In this document: in pieces, positions 35,030 through 37,994 of the stretch | Layout of the letters: the number at the start of each line of letters is the position of its first letter | How positions within the stretch are numbered: the stretch's first letter is position 1 | From: Candidatus Omnitrophota bacterium | GTDB lineage: Bacteria > Omnitrophota > Gorgyraeia > Gygaellales > Profunditerraquicolaceae | NCBI GenBank assembly: GCA_043802425.1 | Contig: JAZDLA010000012.1 | Location: 1-37,994, forward strand | Reading direction: 5' to 3' | DNA length: 37,994 nucleotides | The notes under the pieces: generated by a model | What the model was told of the DNA's origin: nothing | Databases searched by the model: none | The model's input: only the letters and a program-made list of their open reading frames with translations | Made by a program: the position numbers and the translations under genes

Positions 35030-36037
35030 ATGGAGGGTATAAAATTTTCTAAGAAGCCCAAATTAAAAAATCCTTATCTGATTACTGCCTGGCCGGGCAT
35101 GGGTGAAGTCGCTTTTAAAGCGGCGACGTATCTGGTGAGCAAACTAAAAGCAGAAGAATTCGCCCAAATTCCCCCGGAAGATTTTTTCTATCTCACGGGA
35201 AGCGCTGTGCAGGAAGGGATACTAGCGGTCCCGGAATTACCTTACAGCAAATTCTATTATTGGAAAAATCCCGCTACAAAGATTGTCGGGCCTGCCGATA
35301 ACTTTAGCGGCAGATCCGTCGGTAATGATCTGATTATATTTATCAGTAATGCCCAGCCGGATTTGTCCAAGGCAGAAGATTATTGCCAGAGGATTATTTC
35401 TCTTGCCAAAGGTTTTAAGGCAAAGACAGTAATCAGTTTCGCGGCTATGCCCCAACCCATTGACCATACACAACCGCCTAAAGTGTGGCTTACTACAACG
35501 GCAAAAGAGGTGTCCGGCACTTTAAAGAAATATAATTTCCAGACTCTCTCCGAGGGCCAGATTAGCGGGATGAACGGTTTATTTTTGGGTATTGCTAAAA
35601 GAGAGGGCCTGGATGGCGCCTGCCTCTTGGGAGAAATACCCCTCTATACTATCCAGATTGAAAATCCCAAGGCTTCCTGCGTGGTCCTGGAGGCCTTGGC
35701 GAAGATTCTTAGTATCCAGATAGATTTAGGCGGCCTTTTTGAAGATACGCATATTATGGAAGGTGAGATTAACAAGCTCTTAGATTACCTTAAGCTGGGC
35801 GCGCCTATCGGGCCGATCAGCGAAGAGGATATAGAAAGGATAAAAAAATCCTTAACCCAACTGACAAAATTACCCCTTTCCATAAAAGAAAATCTCGAGA
35901 AGCTCTTTACCCAGGCTAAAACCGATATTTCCAGAGCCAATGAACTTAAATCCGAGCTGGATAAATGGAACGTATATAAAGAGTATGAAGATAGGTTTCT
36001 GGACTTATTCCACAAGAAAAAGGACGAAGATAATTGA
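35030..36037 (+). CDS. PAC2 (proteasome assembly chaperone 2-like) family protein with a C-terminal coiled coil
   Basis: 335 aa. The N-terminal pattern LKNPYLITAWPGMGEVAFKAATYL and SD AAAGGAGAG upstream. Confidence 0.65.
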   Translation: MEGIKFSKKPKLKNPYLITAWPGMGEVAFKAATYLVSKLKAEEFAQIPPEDFFYLTGSAVQEGILAVPELPYSKFYYWKNPATKIVGPADNFSGRSVGNDLIIFISNAQPDLSKAEDYCQRIISLAKGFKAKTVISFAAMPQPIDHTQPPKVWLTTTAKEVSGTLKKYNFQTLSEGQISGMNGLFLGIAKREGLDGACLLGEIPLYTIQIENPKASCVVLEALAKILSIQIDLGGLFEDTHIMEGEINKLLDYLKLGAPIGPISEEDIERIKKSLTQLTKLPLSIKENLEKLFTQAKTDISRANELKSELDKWNVYKEYEDRFLDLFHKKKDEDN

Positions 36038-36663
36038 GGGATAATCACCATATAAGCGCTATAATCTTTGACTTAGGAAACGTTCTGGTAGATTTTGACC
36101 ACACTATAGCGGCAAAAAAAATATCCGCATTCGCCACTAAAGACCCGCAGGAAATATTTAATCTTTTTTTTGATTCCAGGCTGACCGGGTTCTTTGAAGA
36201 AGGCAGAATATCGCCTCAAGAGTTTTTTTCTGGCGTCCAGGAGGCGTTACATCTAGGCATAGAGTATGAACAGTTTCTCCCTATCTGGAATGAGATATTC
36301 TTTTTGAGCGAAAAGAACCGGATGGTATATAATCTAGCGAAGTTTCTAAAAAAGCGCTATAAGACGGCGCTCTTATCTAATATAAACATTTTACATTTTG
36401 AGTATCTAAAGAGGAATTTTCCTGTATTTGATGCCTTTCATCACATCATTACTTCTTGCGAGTCAGGGGCCAGGAAGCCCCACCACTCTATTTATGAAAA
36501 GACATTACAGGCCTTAGAAACTCTGCCGGAGAATGTTTTCTATACCGATGACCGGCCAGAATTAGTAGAGGGCGCCTGCCGCTTAGGTGTCCGGGGATTT
36601 ACTTTTCAGGGCGCTGAACAATTAAAGGAAGACCTTTTAGCCAGCGGCGTAAATATAAATTAA
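36034..36663 (+). CDS. HAD-superfamily hydrolase (subfamily IA-like)
   Basis: 209 aa. Motif I is IIFDLGNVLVDF, motif II is ALLSN, and motifs III/IV are K...YTDDRPELV. A TTG start overlaps the upstream stop. Confidence 0.75.
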   Translation: MRDNHHISAIIFDLGNVLVDFDHTIAAKKISAFATKDPQEIFNLFFDSRLTGFFEEGRISPQEFFSGVQEALHLGIEYEQFLPIWNEIFFLSEKNRMVYNLAKFLKKRYKTALLSNINILHFEYLKRNFPVFDAFHHIITSCESGARKPHHSIYEKTLQALETLPENVFYTDDRPELVEGACRLGVRGFTFQGAEQLKEDLLASGVNIN

Positions 36664-36667
36664 TCCT

Positions 36668-37675
36668 ATGTTAACCAAAAACATACTCCTTAGTCACGGA
36701 AGCGGCGGGAGGTTAATGCATAACCTTATTAAAACCCTGCTGCTTAAAAGACTGAATAACCCCATTCTTGGAGAACTTTCTGACAGCGCGTTTATCAATT
36801 ATAAGGATAGGTTAGCCTTTACTACCGATTCCTTTGTGGTCAGCCCATTATTTTTTCCGGGAGGGGATATCGGAAAACTGGCGGTATGCGGAACAGTGAA
36901 TGACTTAACCATGTTAGGCGCTACTGCCGAATACCTTTCTTTAGCGCTTATCGTCGAAGAAGGGCTTGAGTACAGTATATTAGAAAAGATTGTAGACTCT
37001 CTTTCTTTAAATGCCAGAAAGGCCGGGATATATTTCGTTACCGGAGATATCAAGGTAGTGGAGAGAGGCGCCTGCGATAAGATATTTATCAATACCTCCG
37101 GGATCGGAAAAATCATTATAAATAAGAAACTATCTGTAAAAAACATAGAGCCCGGGGATAAAGTTATTATTACCGGTAATATTGCCCAACACGGATTGGC
37201 GGTGCTAGCTAAGAGAAAAGAATTGAATTTAGGGTTTAATATCAAAAGTGACTGCGCTGCTTTAAATAATTTAATCATTCCCGTCCTAAAAAAGACAGAC
37301 GCTATAAAATTTATGCGTGATCCTACAAGAGGGGGAGTTGCCACCACCTTAAATGAAGTTGCCGAAAACTCAAGATTAGGCGTGATTATCGAGGAAAAAA
37401 ATATACCCGTATCTATCAAAGTAAGGGCAGCGGGGGAGCTTCTGGGCATAGACCCCTTATATATCGCTAATGAAGGTAATGCCATATTAGTCGTTAGCCC
37501 CGGGGGCGCCAAGAGGGTCTTAACCTTATTAAGAAAGCATCCTTTAGGCAGGAATGCGCAGGAAATCGGCACCATGGTCAAGCGACCGCAGGGCTGTCTG
37601 ATACTGAATACTGTTTTAGGCACCCAGCGTATTGTGGATATGCTCACCAGCGAACCCTTACCAAGAATATGTTGA
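36668..37675 (+). CDS. hypE: [NiFe]-hydrogenase maturation protein HypE
   Basis: 335 aa. It has LSHGSGG near the N terminus, an AIR-synthase-like fold pattern, and the diagnostic C-terminal PRIC. Confidence 0.93.
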   Translation: MLTKNILLSHGSGGRLMHNLIKTLLLKRLNNPILGELSDSAFINYKDRLAFTTDSFVVSPLFFPGGDIGKLAVCGTVNDLTMLGATAEYLSLALIVEEGLEYSILEKIVDSLSLNARKAGIYFVTGDIKVVERGACDKIFINTSGIGKIIINKKLSVKNIEPGDKVIITGNIAQHGLAVLAKRKELNLGFNIKSDCAALNNLIIPVLKKTDAIKFMRDPTRGGVATTLNEVAENSRLGVIIEEKNIPVSIKVRAAGELLGIDPLYIANEGNAILVVSPGGAKRVLTLLRKHPLGRNAQEIGTMVKRPQGCLILNTVLGTQRIVDMLTSEPLPRIC

Positions 37676-37853
37676 TTTTCGGTTTTTGCTTCCGCGCACT
37701 GAAAATTTTTGCCGTGCACTACGGTTTACTTCTCGTTTCCGCCAGTAGACTTACGTGAGGCAGGCGTGCTCCAACTCGTCGTAAATCCTTGTGCACTCTT
37801 GCCAAAAATTTTCTAATGTGTGCTCCAGCAAAAACCTAAAATACTTATAACGA

Positions 37854-37994
37854 ATGAAAACCTCTAAATATCAAAAGCGGTTCTATCGGGATTGGGTGAA
37901 GGCTCAAGGTCTGTATTCTAGCCACATTATAGTGCAAGAGACGGATTTACAGATTTTTACCGATAAGCCCGTAGATAAGCGTTTTTTAAAAGAG
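37854..37994 (+). CDS. 3'-truncated CDS, possibly UPF0280 (ApbE-superfamily) protein
   Basis: MKTSKYQKRFYRDWVKAQGLYSSHIIVQETDLQIFTDKP... runs off the window. The YR.W....L..F.V.V.ETDL pattern resembles my memory of UPF0280 N termini. Only 47 codons are visible. Confidence 0.35.
   Translation, partial: MKTSKYQKRFYRDWVKAQGLYSSHIIVQETDLQIFTDKPVDKRFLKE

Noticed and set aside
36799-37719. A 306-aa ORF on the - strand
   Set aside because: It lies entirely antisense to hypE, whose identity is unambiguous (HGSGG ... C-terminal PRIC). The antisense product is low-complexity (S/P/L/F-rich) with no motifs, so it is a shadow ORF.
1-37994. A search for CRISPR arrays, rRNA genes, IS elements/transposases and integrases
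   Set aside because: I saw no regularly spaced 25-40 nt repeats with unique spacers, no rRNA-like segments, and no ORF with DDE-transposase or tyrosine/serine recombinase motifs. The only repeats found are those reported above.

Overview
This 37,994-nt window looks like it comes from an uncultivated diderm bacterium. It has outer-membrane barrels ending in Phe, a canonical PilZ domain, and a V-ATPase operon ordered as in Bacteroidetes and Chlamydia. The taxon cannot be fixed without a database search. Nearly all genes are on the + strand.

(1) 1-6338: the 3' part of a V-type ATPase operon (accessory ORF, then A, B, D, I, K). The K proteolipid carries the full Na+-site motif.

(2) 6352-6576: tRNA-Val(TAC) and tRNA-Asp(GTC).

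(3) About 6.58-17.6 kb: a visibly AT-richer segment of about 11 kb. It is bounded by tRNA-Asp and a displaced 3' fragment of the same tRNA, with a second decayed copy nearby and no recognisable integrase.
- It carries an uncharacterised module: two membrane-anchored tandem-rhodanese proteins flank two secreted beta-helix paralogues that share a 305-nt, 97%-identical 5' module.
- These are followed by a small membrane protein and a PpsA / rifampin-phosphotransferase-like dikinase.
- Two secreted beta-propeller proteins lie convergently on the - strand, followed by about 1 kb of gene debris.
- This module is my best candidate for an undescribed system.

(4) 17.65-38 kb: mixed genes.
- B12-type radical SAM protein, outer-membrane barrel, CsaA-like tRNA-binding protein, YkgJ-type Cys-cluster protein, DUF2156-like protein, and a DnaQ-WYL exonuclease.
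- pabB and pabC, then a C-terminal-only HypF, hypC and hypD.
- A TPR/DUF3857/transglutaminase lipoprotein and a PilZ-TM-coiled-coil protein.
- An endonuclease III-like protein, an OMP, an FmdB zinc ribbon, an M20 peptidase, a PAC2-family protein and a HAD hydrolase.
- hypE, and the start of a UPF0280-like gene.

No CRISPR array, rRNA, transposase or integrase was seen. All product calls come from recognising motifs by eye; no database search or folding was possible.
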